Source of the DNA: Curvularia clavata
Taxonomy: Eukaryota
Direction: 5' to 3'
Length of the DNA stretch: 64,000 nucleotides
Assembly (NCBI GenBank): GCA_023920165.1
Contig: CP089279.1
Coordinates: forward strand, 2,294,001 to 2,358,000
Below the pieces are notes generated by a model. The model saw only the letters and a program-made list of their open reading frames with translations. It had not been told where the DNA came from and searched no databases. Made by a program: the position numbers and the translations under genes. Positions 47,041 to 59,507 of the stretch are shown one piece after another (the stretch's first letter is position 1; every line of letters begins with the position of its first letter).

Positions 47041-48294
47041 CTACAGTATAACCTTAGCCTTCCTCATGCGGTCGAATGCTATGGTCCATGTATCTTTGGT
47101 CCCTATCTCCTCTGTATATCCAACCTTGTGCGAAGCCTCCATGCTCATCTGACGGTCAAAATCAAACATTGTCATAATGAAATACTACCACGTATTAGCT
47201 CTACGCTCATCGTGTGAGAGTTTGGGGGACATACTTGGAATCCAGGGTGCGTAATGTCGCTATCAATGCTTCCCTTTTTGAGATTGTGTTTCGCCTCCAG
47301 TTCTTGCCATTCCTTTTTGTGCGCATCAATGTATGCGCCTGGCTGAGGTGAGCCTTCCTCAGGTCCAGTACCTTTTAGACCGAAGTAATCGCAGATGATT
47401 GGCCATTTTCCGCTCCATGTGTCTTCTTGTCCGCCTACGTTAAAACTCTGCGACGCAGTCTTTTCTGGATGCAATGACGCGTGTATGGAGAAGCGCGCGA
47501 CCATGTCTTGTGGAGACTCGTTGTACCTGTTCACCCAAGATTTCTCAGATCCTGGAAATGGGCATTTTGCGCCGTCACCTTCGACGAATCGATACAGGGA
47601 AAGGTACAAGGCCAGTGTCTGCGCAAGGCAGTAGGCGTTGTTGTTTGGTACGAAGCCAATGATGTTGTCAGGCCGAACCTCACACCAGCTCCACTTCTTT
47701 TCTTTTGATATGCGCTTTAGACAGTCGATCTGGTTGTAGTAAAACAGCTGGGAAAGGTACGGCTCAGGGATTGGTGGAAGTGTCTCCTTGAGCGGTAGAT
47801 CGTTCGCGAACGGGAACTTGTCCAGCATTTGGCAGCCGTAGATTTTAGTGCCAGTGGGAAGAACCACAAACGAGAGTTTGGAAGACAAATGATCGATAGC
47901 AGTGACGGCACGCTCCAGCATTGCTTCATTGGTTTTGCATTCTGAGTCAGGATCGTCTATCTGTTTGTATGCTGATTTCATTAGATATGATCATCGCTCA
48001 AGAAGTCATCAACTTACAATAAAAGTACACTTGCGTCACTGTGTCGACATCTTTGACCTTCTCCTTAATTTGCTTCTCTAATTCTTCTTGTGTTCCTTTA
48101 ATAAGATCAACACCGGACACGATTTGCAGTCTCGGGTCATCAGGCCAGAGAGCCATTTCCCGTGTCAATGGCCGGTTCACCATCGCCGTGACTTTGGAGA
48201 AAGTGTCCTTGGAAGGATAGTCATTGAGGATAGCATTGACAATAGCCCATCCAGAAATTCCAGAGGCGCCGTAAATAAGCGCATGGTTGCCCAT
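47041..48294 (-). CDS. PRISE/SirQ-like NAD(P)-dependent reductase (progesterone 5-beta-reductase/iridoid synthase-like extended SDR)
   Basis: GASGISG, LPTGTKIYG, FYY, VRPDNIIG, FPG. 3 exons ending RMRKAKVIL*. Confidence 0.88.
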
Positions 48295-48996
48295 CTTTAC
48301 TTAGAGCAAGTCGAATAGAGGAAGTAAAAGAATTTTGGGTACTGGAAAGCTACCGATGGCTGCTGTGCAAAGCAATCAACATCGCAGCACATACGGGCTA
48401 GAGCCGATATATGTATCCTAAGATAATCCTTCCATACTGAAAGTAGTAAGCCCACTCAAACAGAATCGAATAATTACGGATCACATTTGATCTAGCGCAA
48501 GACTGTTGCTGCTGCTGTATACAATCAGGCGGGCCGTGACGGAGAATAATATCCAGTAAGCCTGACGCCCCTCCCCCCGCTTCGCTGGCCCGCCATGACT
48601 CGCGAGACATGCATTGTTCAAAAATGTTACTGGATCGCTGGCCTACGAATTATCCGAAGAGCGAATATGGGTGATATGAATCTAGTTATGGGTCTATCCA
48701 GTGCGCTAAGTAGGAATGCAAGGTAACTCGTGAAAGGATGACTTGCATTTGAGTCCCGCATTAGGTGAACTATCCCCCACCACAACTACTCCCAACTGCA
48801 CGTATAAAGGCTTCAGGCCTAACAATACCACGATGAAAACCTTGCTGTAGTTCACGGATAATTCAAAAAGGGCTGAACAGAGTGCCGTCGTTGCGGATCG
48901 TTCCTCGTTACAGTAGCATTACCCATGGGAATCGCTTGCGTACTTCTTACTGTTCTTTTCTTGGCTGTCTGATGCCTAAACGAGAAAACGAATTTG

Positions 48997-49976
48997 CTAT
49001 CCCACCCAGTCAATCTCCCTCTCACTTTGCCAAAAGGCTCCAGTCTTGCCCTGAATATCCTGTATCGCCAGCATAACCGGTGTCTGCGCACCTTCGTCTG
49101 GTGTCTTGGTTCCATTGCCCTTTGTCATATCTGTGTTGACATAGCCTGGACAGCAAGCATTAACCAGCACCCCCTTTCCACTGTCCTTCACCTGCTTGGC
49201 GAGCGCCCTTGTGCCTCCTATCAATCCCGCCTTACTCACAGCATACCCTGCGCTAGGGAACCCAGCTTCCTTCTCTTTACCTGCTTCGACGGCAGCAACA
49301 AAGTCTTTCATGATAGCGGTAACATCATCCTCTGTCTTGGATGCCAGAAAACGGTTACGGACTTCTTCTGAGTACTTGTTCAATTTGCCGGACATGGAGG
49401 CCACATTTACGAGACGACCAGTGGGCTTCAAGAGTGGGAGAAATTCGTGACATGCTTCGAGCGTTTTGTAGTAGTTGCAGTTCAGTGTCGTTTTCACGAC
49501 GTTCGCATCTAGAGATCATTGGTCAGTAATCATCCCGCGAACAGCATGATTCTAGTTGTTGACGTACTGAATCCGTCCATAGCGATGCCAGCGTTGTTGA
49601 TGACAAAGTCGATACCATCGCTGTGTGCCTGCTTCAGGTGATCCGCGAGCGTCTTGATGCTTTCGCTGTTCGTAATATCCAACAAATGGAACTTGATCTC
49701 CGACAGCCCTCCGTCTGCTTTCAAGGCCTTCGCTTGCTTGAGTTGTGGATCTTGCTCCAGATCTTTCACAGCTGCCTCTCCCCTGCTCTGGTCGCGAGCA
49801 GTCAGATAGATCAAGAAGGGACCATTGTTCAACGGCGACTTTGGATATTGAAGCGCAAGTTGGCGCACAATAGCTAGGCCAATGCCCTGGGGACATTAGT
49901 ACAGGTCATGCAAGAAGTAGGGAGCTATACGTACCTTGTTGGCACCAGTAACGACTCCAACTCTACTGTAAGACAT
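48997..49976 (-). CDS. Carbonyl reductase (CBR1-like SDR)
   Basis: TGANK|GIG, YLTARD, NNAGI, YAVSK, CCPGYVNTDM. 3 exons. Confidence 0.92.
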
Positions 49977-50291
49977 GGTCTCTGCTATACTCTAGTTGCT
50001 GAAGAGGAGGAAACAAAGAGAAATAAATGCTACACGTATGCCAGAATGATTTTCCCTCATTCAAAGCACGATATTAATCATCACTGGAACGATTTCGGCG
50101 GTCGGATTTAAGACGATGGATACGTCACTAATCATGAAGTGGACCTTCCGACTGCCCCACGCACTACGTATACTTGCTAGCGTCAATGCCACCTTGATCG
50201 AGGTGTCTATTCCAAACGCGCTGAGTTTCCATCCCTCACATTCCCCTCGCTAAGATAAATCGGTGCAGTAGTATCCAAACCAAGAAAGTAT

Positions 50292-50977
50292 CTAGCACAA
50301 GCATGGCAGATGAATGGTCTGGAAATTACTGCATGTCTTCCCACTTGGCATATCGCTTCCGGTCTGCAGGTACATGTCATAATACCCAGCATCTGTCGAC
50401 GTGCACGCCAGGAAATTCAACTCTGGGCAAGGAAACCAAATTAGTAACATCTCTCTTGACGGGCGAAGCTTTGAAGAACGTCACCAGTCAGAACGAAGTT
50501 TACTTACGCCGGCCGTAGCTGCTTCCCTGTACCGTAATGATAGTATCACCTTCTAAGCCCCAAGCTGTTGTATCGCCCTTCGCTCCCAAGACCAGCGGCT
50601 TGTAACTCGTTGACGCCGATACAATGTTCAGATATTGGTTGGTTTTCTTCGATTGAATGGTGCCACCGATAGTAAAATCTTCAGCCGCAGACTCGGGACC
50701 AAGAACGGGCCTGGATGCTGGGTGGACGTTAGCTTGTCCGATCTTCGATAGATGTAGGTGTGTGAAATGGCGGGTACGAAGAGATGCAGACACAAAGCAG
50801 AACATGCTTACCGTTCTTTGGACTGGCTTGGAGGTAAAGGTGGTAAATTGGATCGCGCACGCCGCGGATCTTGCCTACGGTCGCTGCTGCTGCTGCTACT
50901 GTAGCGGCAGTGTTCTCAACAGGCGCGGCAAATGTGCCTTGCGCCAGCAGTAAAAGTGGTGCGAAAAACGTCAGCAT
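50292..50977 (-). CDS. Secreted protein homologous to the C-terminal domain of the CBM1 protein at 34702
   Basis: Signal peptide. Exons 50977-50812, 50717-50508 and 50422-50292 splice in frame, ending QTIHLPCLC*. Confidence 0.87.
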
Positions 50978-51385
50978 GGTGGCAGGTGGTTGGTATCCAA
51001 CCGCAAAGTCTCGCCGGCAGGGCTACGACTCAAATACGTATTTCCTTAATTCTAGGTATTTTATCATTCTGTCGCTCCTGAATTGCAATTTCGCAAATAT
51101 ATTAAGTTGTGTCACGCGCAGATGCATTTAACAGTGGATATTAAAGACCCTTGTCATAACACTGCCACAGGTGCCGGAACGCAGAGCGGATCATACCAAT
51201 ACTGAGAACGTATAAATAAGTCACAATGAATATCTTTTTACGTGTATTACACATTACACAAAGTAATAGATTATATAAAAAGGGGTATAATGTAGATGCA
51301 GTTAGCTATTGTCCTTTTTTGGTGGGAATGTGAACGCGAAAGAACAAATGGTACTCTGGCTAGCATCAGAATCAAAGCTGTTGCT

Positions 51386-54300
51386 TTATCCACTACCAAA
51401 TATGCTAGGCATAGAAGCTACGCTTGCTTGAGGAATGCCATCCTGGGAAATGCCAACTTCAGTCGACCATCTTAATGGGAGCGTATCGGTCTGCCCTGAA
51501 GCCACTTCGTTAGCACCGTTCGTGCTGTTCCTTGGTATTCTGGCCTTCTTCACAGGTTTATCCACAGCTTTGATCTCCGCAACACCATATCGATGATATT
51601 TATGTCGATTCGGTCGTCCAAAGACTCTTTGCGGAGTCTGCAGCAGCGCGAAGCTAGAAAGGCCCTCGCCTTCATCTTCATCAATCGGCAGTATCTGCGC
51701 GTTTTGGATAATCTCTACGACACCGGCATCGTCTTCCAGCTCTTTTGCTTCCCGATGATCGGCTCGTGACATTTTTTTGGCGCGATTGAAGATAGCATGC
51801 TCAATAGTGTTTTCGAGTACTAAGGTTTCAACAAGCACCTCCTTCGTTTGACCTATTCGATGTGCTCGTTTGATTGCTTGGGCTTCTATATTGGGTCTGT
51901 TGATTGGGTTCACAATGAGTACAATACTCGCTGCATTTAGATTCAGCCCAAGAGCACCACAAGCGACATCAATTAGCAGGACACGTAAATCCGGATCCTC
52001 GTTGAATAGTCGCACATACTCAGACCGTAAGGTGTTGTTAAGAGTCCTGGCGTAGATCCGATGATTGACATACATGAGCTCAAGGCATTGCGCTATGTAG
52101 AATGCTGCGTTGTCACCGTCGTAGAAGATGATGATCTTTTCTGTAGCTTGATGCTGCATTACCTTGTCTAGTAAGTAGCTAAGCTTGGCAGATGTAGTGC
52201 CTACTATCCGAGTATCGTGGAGAGGTGAGCCTGTGGGCAAATCCGCCGTTTCGTCCGCCAGAGTGAGCTTGCGTTTCTTTGGGCGAACTGAAGGCGTAAT
52301 AAACACATGATCTTCAGAAGTATCTTGCGTCTTGATCTCCGATGTCTTCTGAGGAGAAGTCTTGCTTGTCGTAACCGAAGCCCGCCGGCTTGTTGGTGGC
52401 TGTTGGCTGCTTACTAGCGATGGAGGTACTCCAGTGTTCTTCAAAGGCGAGCTGGCAACCGTTTTCCCATCACCACATTTGCTCCCGTCTTCCGCTTCTG
52501 CCATGGCTGTGACTTTGGCTTTGGCTTGAAGCCCTATAGTGTCAAGTCCGGCAGCTGGGTCTCCCGACAATATATTGCTATCAACATGAAGCTGTCCTTC
52601 AATCAATTGTGTGGCGCCAATCATCGTAGGATCTGTTGGGTGACCGAAGGCAAAGGCCTTCCGCGATTCTCTCGGCCACTTTTCGACAGCGAAAGCCACT
52701 TCGTGCGCTTCGCTCAACGCTCTCCACGCTTTTGAAGCTGTCAAGCTGGATACGACCTGACTGCTCTCTAGTAGGGATTGCGCATCTTCGAGCGAGCAAT
52801 TTATTCCTTCCTTAGATAGGTATTTGCTACTTGTTTCAAGTGTAGCGATGACATCGGCCAAACTGAATCCAGTCCATGTAAAATTTGATTGGCGCAAATT
52901 TCTCATGAGGCTATGACGAGCCTTGACGCTATTCTTGTGGAAGAGGTAATCGACATCGGTCCGTTCGCTCGTAATGGCATTCGCTCGAAGCACTTGGATG
53001 AAGAGGTTGGCCGTCATTTTGTCGTACCAGCACGGTTTCAGAAGCACGACACGATGACGCATGGGAGGTAGAATTATGTCCCTCTCAACGTCTTCTGGCC
53101 GTGTCTTGACAACCAACCCCTCCAGTATCCGCAAGAAGCATGAGGAGAACCCAGAGTAAGTCTTCCGATATTGATGCTCGTGGCGGTAAATGTATTCTTC
53201 CCAGTCGAGTTTCCTCTCTGAGCCATCACACCACGGTTGGACCATGAGAAAATTCGAGGCCAGCATTCCTATAGCTTTGGCAGCCTTCAGATTATCGGGA
53301 TCGAGGTTGAATGACTTTCTTTTCTGGATAGCAAGCTCGCGCTGCAGTGCAGTGTCGCTTTCGGCTTCCAAAGTAGTCATGTCAACTTCTACTCCGACCA
53401 AGTTCTTTGCAGGTGCTGTGGATAAAGGTCAGTCAGTGTACTCAGGTTTCTTTGGCTTCACTTACTGCCCGATACAACCCAACGTCTCTCAGCTTTTATC
53501 TGTTTTGCAAACAGGACCGCATCTGACATGGAACTGGAAAATGAATGACCCTCGTCAATGATGATCCGCAACCAGTGGATCTTTTTGAGTGGCGACACAT
53601 AATATTTGCTGTCTTCGGGACATTTGCATTCACATACCCAGGTCTCTGCAATGAACATGCCATTACATTCATGGGTTGTTTCATTGGTTGTAAGACGCGC
53701 CTGATCGTCGTGAAATTCCTGTTCGAACCGATTGCGGGTAAATAATATCAAGTCGAACTTCAACAGCTCGGAAGGCGCTGGCAACCTGCTCTGAAACTGC
53801 ATAAACTCTCCACCATATGAAATACTCTTAACTTTGCTGCCGCGCATCGGTTTTGTGTCCAGAACAAGAACTTTGAGACCACCTTGAACAACATGTTTCT
53901 GGATTTCTGATTGCCACTGGTGCAGAAGGTTTCTTGGCACGACTACAATTGTAGCTGACGATAAGAAGAGCTGACGAGGAGGAGGTATCTTTGTGTTCCT
54001 GTTCATCCTAGGAGGCTCAGATGGGATCTCGTAGAAGGGGATATTTCGATCAAGCGCGTTCCTGAATTTCGTCATGTCTCCTGCTCCGTTCGCCTCAGAT
54101 TGTTCTAAAAAGGCCTTCGCAGGTACAGAGTAGCGTCCTAGAATAGAGGCCGCCATGTCTGTTAGCTTTCCAACACGTTCGCGAATAGACGGAGGTGGTC
54201 GGTAGGCTGCTGGTGTTTGTGGCAGATGAGATTTACTGGCCAAAATCACGGCTAGGCAGATGACGGTCTTTCCCAATCCCTTCGCGTGACGGTGTTAATA

Positions 54301-55408
54301 GGTGGGCTGGTCTTTTGGAAGAAATGAGGAGTAGATATATGATCGAGATTGTAGTGATGCTGTTGGAGGGATGGTGGAGGGACCGACGTACCATAGTCTC
54401 TGCTAGAATGCCTCCTCGATTTGCCTCGTAGTAGCGCGGCTCTTGCAGGAAGGATCCATCTCGAGCACCAAAGTAAAACGTTTTGCCATTAGGAGACTTT
54501 CGCACCTCCAATCTCGGATCAAGCTGTAGTTGAGGTGATGCTTCCCGCTGCAACATCAAGCTTGCAGACCGAGCTTGATAGGCATACAACCTAGTTCGTA
54601 ATCCCGGCAATGCTTGTTCGCCATACTCTTCCCATCCTGATGCAGCTGCAGACTCGAGTAGGTCGTAAATTGCAACTCTTGCATAGCGATTCTTGATCTC
54701 TTGTGGTGCTGGTGTTGGCGATGGCAATTTGTTGAATAGATAGTACAGCGAGGATAGTTCGGCGTTGGCCCAGGGATCAAAATAGGTTATTTCTTCTTCC
54801 TTTGGATTTCCGTACCAAGAGTTTGATGATATGTCAATGGACTGAAGAAGTTGTCGTAATGCAGCCTTCAAGCTCTTGCTGCTACGATCGATGGAACGGC
54901 GGCCCCAATCTTCTGGCAACAGATATACTCGCACTACACCCCGACAAGAATCAGTACTAGAACCACGTTTATGCAGAAAAAGCCGTATCCAGTGCGCTTC
55001 GAGTAACCTGGAAGCCTCCTTGCCGATAGCTGTTTTGACTATTTCTGAAAGCTCAGTATACCGCAACTCGGTCCACTCAATAGTCTGGTATGATGATGGA
55101 ACGGTTCTGAGCAAATCTCCAACGTGAAGGCAGCCGATGGCGATATAATGGCTAAGGTCCTGTAGCTTGATGTCCCAGCTCTCAGTGAGATTATCGTTTG
55201 ACGAGGCTGAGGTAAAAGAGAAAGACTGTTTCGCTGGAGCTGACTGTTCGGTAGTGGAATTCGAAGGAACAGAATTGGGTTTGTTCTCGATGTTGATATG
55301 GTGGGTAGTTTCAGCATCCTGTGGCGTCTCTGTCTTCAATTCATGGGCACGCAGGCTGTCAGTTCCATCCCAGGAGATAACCCGGGGAACCACGAACGGT
55401 TCACTCAT
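51386..55408 (-). CDS. SNF2-family (Rad5/Rad16-like) ATPase
   Basis: LYAYQ Q-motif; GGILAETM|GLGKT (intron 54280-54391); VVP..LL.QW; WLRIIIDEGH; SG|TP; GLNL..A; QAIKRAHRIGQ. Start codon uncertain (55408 preferred). Confidence 0.88.
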
Positions 55409-55720
55409 TCCGGCTGTCAACCACTTATCGGCCTCAGGGTTTGAAATGCATGTATATCCAGTATCAAAAGAAGATTCTGAAAAAAGGATTGCGACGATCG
55501 CTATTAGTGGTGAGGGAGCGAAGGCAACTGCCAAGTGCAAGGCGTTAACATTCCGCGCTAACGCTTTTAGTTGTGGCGTATATTGGACCCTTACAAGCAA
55601 GACACAAGTCTTTCTAGTGAGACTGAGCTACAACACGTAGCTAACTAAAACCCTTTTATCGCTCTATTTATTATGGAATGCAAGACCAGAACGCCAGTAC
55701 ACCGTGCTTTTACCAATCAT

Positions 55721-57281
55721 CTACCGCATCTCTTGTTGCCCAATGGTAGGCTTCACGTTGTCGCCTTCCACCCAAACACTTTCCATTGCCTGCTTCAGGA
55801 TTTTCATGCCCTCCTCGATCTCTACTTCAGTGATTACAAGCGGGGGGACAAACCTCAGAGTGTTGGTACCGCAAGTGATGATCAGAAGGCCTCGCTCACG
55901 GGCAGCTGTGACAATGGGCGTAGGGTCTGTATCAAGCTGAAGACCTAGAATCAATCCCTTGCCCCTGACTTCCTTAATCTGACCCGGGAACTGACTCCGC
56001 AACGCATCAAAGTGTTTTCGGAATACTCGCTCTTTGGCAGGGATTGAATCAAGAATCTCTGGAGAGGAAAGACGGGACAGGATATAAGAAGCGACGCGCG
56101 ATCCGAGAGGGTTACCACCAAATGTTGTGCCATGGTCGCCGGTCTTGATATGATCGCATACAAAGTCATTGACAATAGTGGCGCCGATAGGGAAACCGTT
56201 ACCTAAAGCCTTCGCAGTGGTGACTATATCAGGGTGACACTCCTTGGGATAACCGCCGTGAGCCCAGAAAGTCCCTGTTCGTCCAAGACCGCACTGAATC
56301 TCGTCGAAAATGAGAACGGCGCCGACCTCTGTGCAGCGCTTTCGCAGTGCGATGAGGAATTCAGGTGTCGCAACATTCACACCTCCTTCTCCCTGGATGG
56401 GCTCGACAATGACACCGCATGTCGCATCCGTGACAAGTTCATTGATAACCTCGACATCGTTGAAGGTTCCATACCTGAAGCCAGGAAGCATGGGCGAAAA
56501 CGGTGTTTGGTACTTTGGGTTGGGTGTTGCACTCAAACTTCCCATTGTGCGGCCATGGAACGAGTTGTGGAATGATACAAACTCGTGCTTATCTTTACCT
56601 GGTGATATCGACTTGCCCACTTTGCGCGCAAACTTGATGGCAGCCTCGTTGGCCTCAGAGCCACTGTTGCATATGAATGTACGGGTTGCGCTAGCAAATC
56701 CTCCGGTCGCATGTGTGAGCTGGATGAGCTGTTTCGACAGGAGACCTGTATGCGGGTTGTGGTAAAGGTTCGAGGTATGGATTAATTGTTTGGCCTACGC
56801 ATGTCAGTTGACAAGGACACATTTCGTTGGAATGCCATATCTTACCTGTTCCCCAATGACTTGCGCTACACCAGCATCGCAGTGCCCCAAAGCATTGACG
56901 GCGATACCTGAAGTAAAGTCGAGATATTTCCTGTTTTCGATATCCCACATATAGCAACCCTCGCCCTTCTCAAACATCGGTGGCGGGCGCACATAGGTAG
57001 GGACCATGTAAGGGAGTTGCTGGTTCACTAGACCAGCGGTTTTGGAACTAGCAGAAGGGTCAGGCGTTGGTAACGACGCATCGCGCTACAGAGTGTCAGT
57101 GGTTGTAGACGACCATACTATGAATTGTGCTTGTCCTTACGGCTATTGAGTCTAAGACATCTTGTGGCAGACTTGAACCCTTAACTCCGGCTGCCGCTGA
57201 AGCAAATCGCGCAGGAGTGTAATTGACGCGCGGCGCACGTAGTGCGTTGCACAATGGCCTGGAAACAAATCGCGCAGCCAT
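55721..57281 (-). CDS. ARG8: Acetylornithine aminotransferase, mitochondrial
   Basis: Arg-rich presequence; YLDFTSGIAVNALGH, NSGSEANEAAIK, FHGRT, EPIQGEGG, DEIQCGLGRTG, AKALGNG. 3 exons. Confidence 0.96.
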
Positions 57282-57328
57282 TGTCAATGAGGTGAACCAA
57301 GTAAAACAGGTGGTAAGAAATTAGAGTC

Positions 57329-57364
57329 GTGACTGGGGCATTAGGATGACTGGGGCATGACTGT
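57329..57364. promoter_or_regulatory. Cluster of three TGACTG sites (Gcn4/CpcA-like) in the ARG8 promoter
   Basis: GTGACTGGGGCAT-TAGG-ATGACTGGGGCATGACTGT, 50-85 bp upstream of the ARG8 ATG. Confidence 0.45.
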
Positions 57365-57542
57365 AAGGGCGTGACGCAACGCCCAAAATTTTGGGCTGCA
57401 TGTAAAATGCGGGCCGAGGTCGGAGGTCGGAGGAAACCCTGCGGGGTAGCAAACAAACACCATATGGAGCAAACATTTGAGATCAAATGCAACGAAGCAA
57501 ACGAAGTGAAGTAATTGCCAACGCGAACAGTCGTTCGCTTAA

Positions 57543-57648
57543 GTCTCGTTGGTGTAGTTGGTTATCACGTGGGTCTCATATCCTCCATGCTATGACTGCT
57601 CAAAGAGCAGAAATCCCAAGGCCGCCAGTTCGAGTCTGGCACGGGACA
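57543..57648 (+). tRNA. tRNA-Met(CAT), elongator, with a 32-nt intron (57581-57612)
   Basis: Acceptor stem GTCTCGT/ACGGGAC. D-arm TGGTGTAGTTGGTTATCAC. Anticodon stem TGGGT/TCCCA with the U31:U39 pair typical of eukaryotic elongator Met. Loop CT-CAT-A. T-arm GCCAG-TTCGAGT-CTGGC. Oligo-T terminator at about 57658. Confidence 0.95.
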
Positions 57649-58076
57649 TCTCCGTTGTTTTTGCTGCCGGATTTAGTCTAGCGGTGGTGTGATTGCTTTT
57701 TGTAGATACCCCCTGGTATCATCGTCTCTTTACAACAGGTCTCTCTGTCCTATAGTATGCTTCTACAGCTCCTTTTTTAACAGGAGTTTTCTTAAAGAGG
57801 GGTATGAATTAGTAATGAAGCTATATTGTTTCATTGTTAATGGTTGTTTTGTTACAATCGCGTCGCGAAGGCTACAAAACATCATCTACATGCAGCCGTG
57901 TCAGTTTCGCGATTCTCAGGGGTCGAAGCTAAGATGACGTGGACCATTGATGTCATTGACTTCCTACCCAGCATCTATTTCAGCTCATCCACCCACATTC
58001 GCGCGTTGAGTAAACCAACGCTGATCTCTCCGTGCACGTTTGACCTTCGCTTTCATCCCAAGTATCATCGCCAGAC

Positions 58077-59401
58077 ATGCCTCCGGCTAAGAAGCAGAAG
58101 AAGCAGAACGCGAGGCGTGATTCTCGTGCTTCTGCGCAAGATCCCGACAGCCACAGCTCAGACTCAGATTCTGAATCCGTGCAGTCGCCCGAAACAAATA
58201 AGTCTAGCAATGCCAAAAGCAAGGACGATCAAAGCCAGAATGCGAACAAGTCTGAGGAAAGTGAGAAGCGGCCAGAACCATACGAATATGTCTGCTTCCA
58301 CCGCCCCTTGTTCGACGTGAAGGCCGAGAACTGGCTCACATGGTCGAATGATCCAGATGCCCACGTGGATGAGGAAGAAGTGTTCGAGAAGCTATTCAAA
58401 CCGATCTGGGAGAAGGAGAAAGAGCAAGGTATCCCGGGTGATTCACCTGAGAAGCATCCAGGACATAAATGGGTGATGATGTTCAATGCGTATATGAAGC
58501 TAGATTGGCTTATGCGAAAAGCACGATACTGTAACCCCGACAATTTTGGCATGTATATCTATAACGATTGGTACAGTTATGGGTTGACGGAGATTCTGGA
58601 AAACATGGTACGTGTGACGCTAAACTGGACGCAACTACTAGCCGCAAGCTAATGAGTTCAAAGATGGTTGAGTTCAACAAGGCTTATCATTCGAAAGGGC
58701 CAAACCGCCTCGAAGACATGTGGGTCATCATTAGCGCTGTGGGATTGTGGATCAATCAGGAAGACCATTTGGGTTGCTTCATGTCGAGTGATGATGGAGA
58801 AGGAGTGGGCGAGCTTATTGGTGTCATTGGCTGCGCATTGCTCACAGTTCTTGCGGCCATAGAAAGAGCCGGTGAACTCAGGCCTACTTCATGTTTTCTC
58901 GATTTGGCGATCGTCATCGGTTACTATTTGGAGTGCTCTTACGATCTTCCTGCGTATGGTTTCGAGGGTAAAATCGTGAGGTGGCGCAAACACGCTGTAG
59001 AATACTTTAAGAAGGCCAATCTGGATCCAGCCAAGGCCACTGCTGCGACAAAGCAACGAATGGAGAAAATAGAGAAAGGAGATGATGATTGGGATGAGTC
59101 TGACGAGGAAGCCACTGAGGGCGCAGGAAAGGAAAATACACGTTCGAAATCGGCCACCGGCAAGAGAAAGAGGGGTTCGGCTGGTGCGATTAAAGATGCA
59201 AACAAGGAGGAAGATACTTGGGGATGGGACAAGTCGTTCCAGAAGTATAAGAAGGATCATAAACCAAAGATGGGTGGCAACCAATACGATATCACAAAGA
59301 TGAGTAAAGCTGAGCGAAAGAAGGCAGCATTTGACGGCAAAGATCCATTTGCAGGTATTCCAGATAAGGAGCTGAAGGCAGACATGATTGACGTGGAATG
59401 A
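58077..59401 (+). CDS. Hypothetical fungal protein, probably nuclear
   Basis: Two exons (intron about 58608-58663). PDNFGMYIYNDW and GGNQYDITKMS motifs. Basic NLS-like PAKKQK and KRKR. Confidence 0.75.
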
Positions 59402-59507
59402 GAGAATATGGAACGTGCCTAGCAGAATGACCTTTGCTGAATTTCTTTGATATTTAGCCAAATTCGGAATTGTATTAACTATAACTAGTTTTAAAAATAA
59501 TTCTTCT

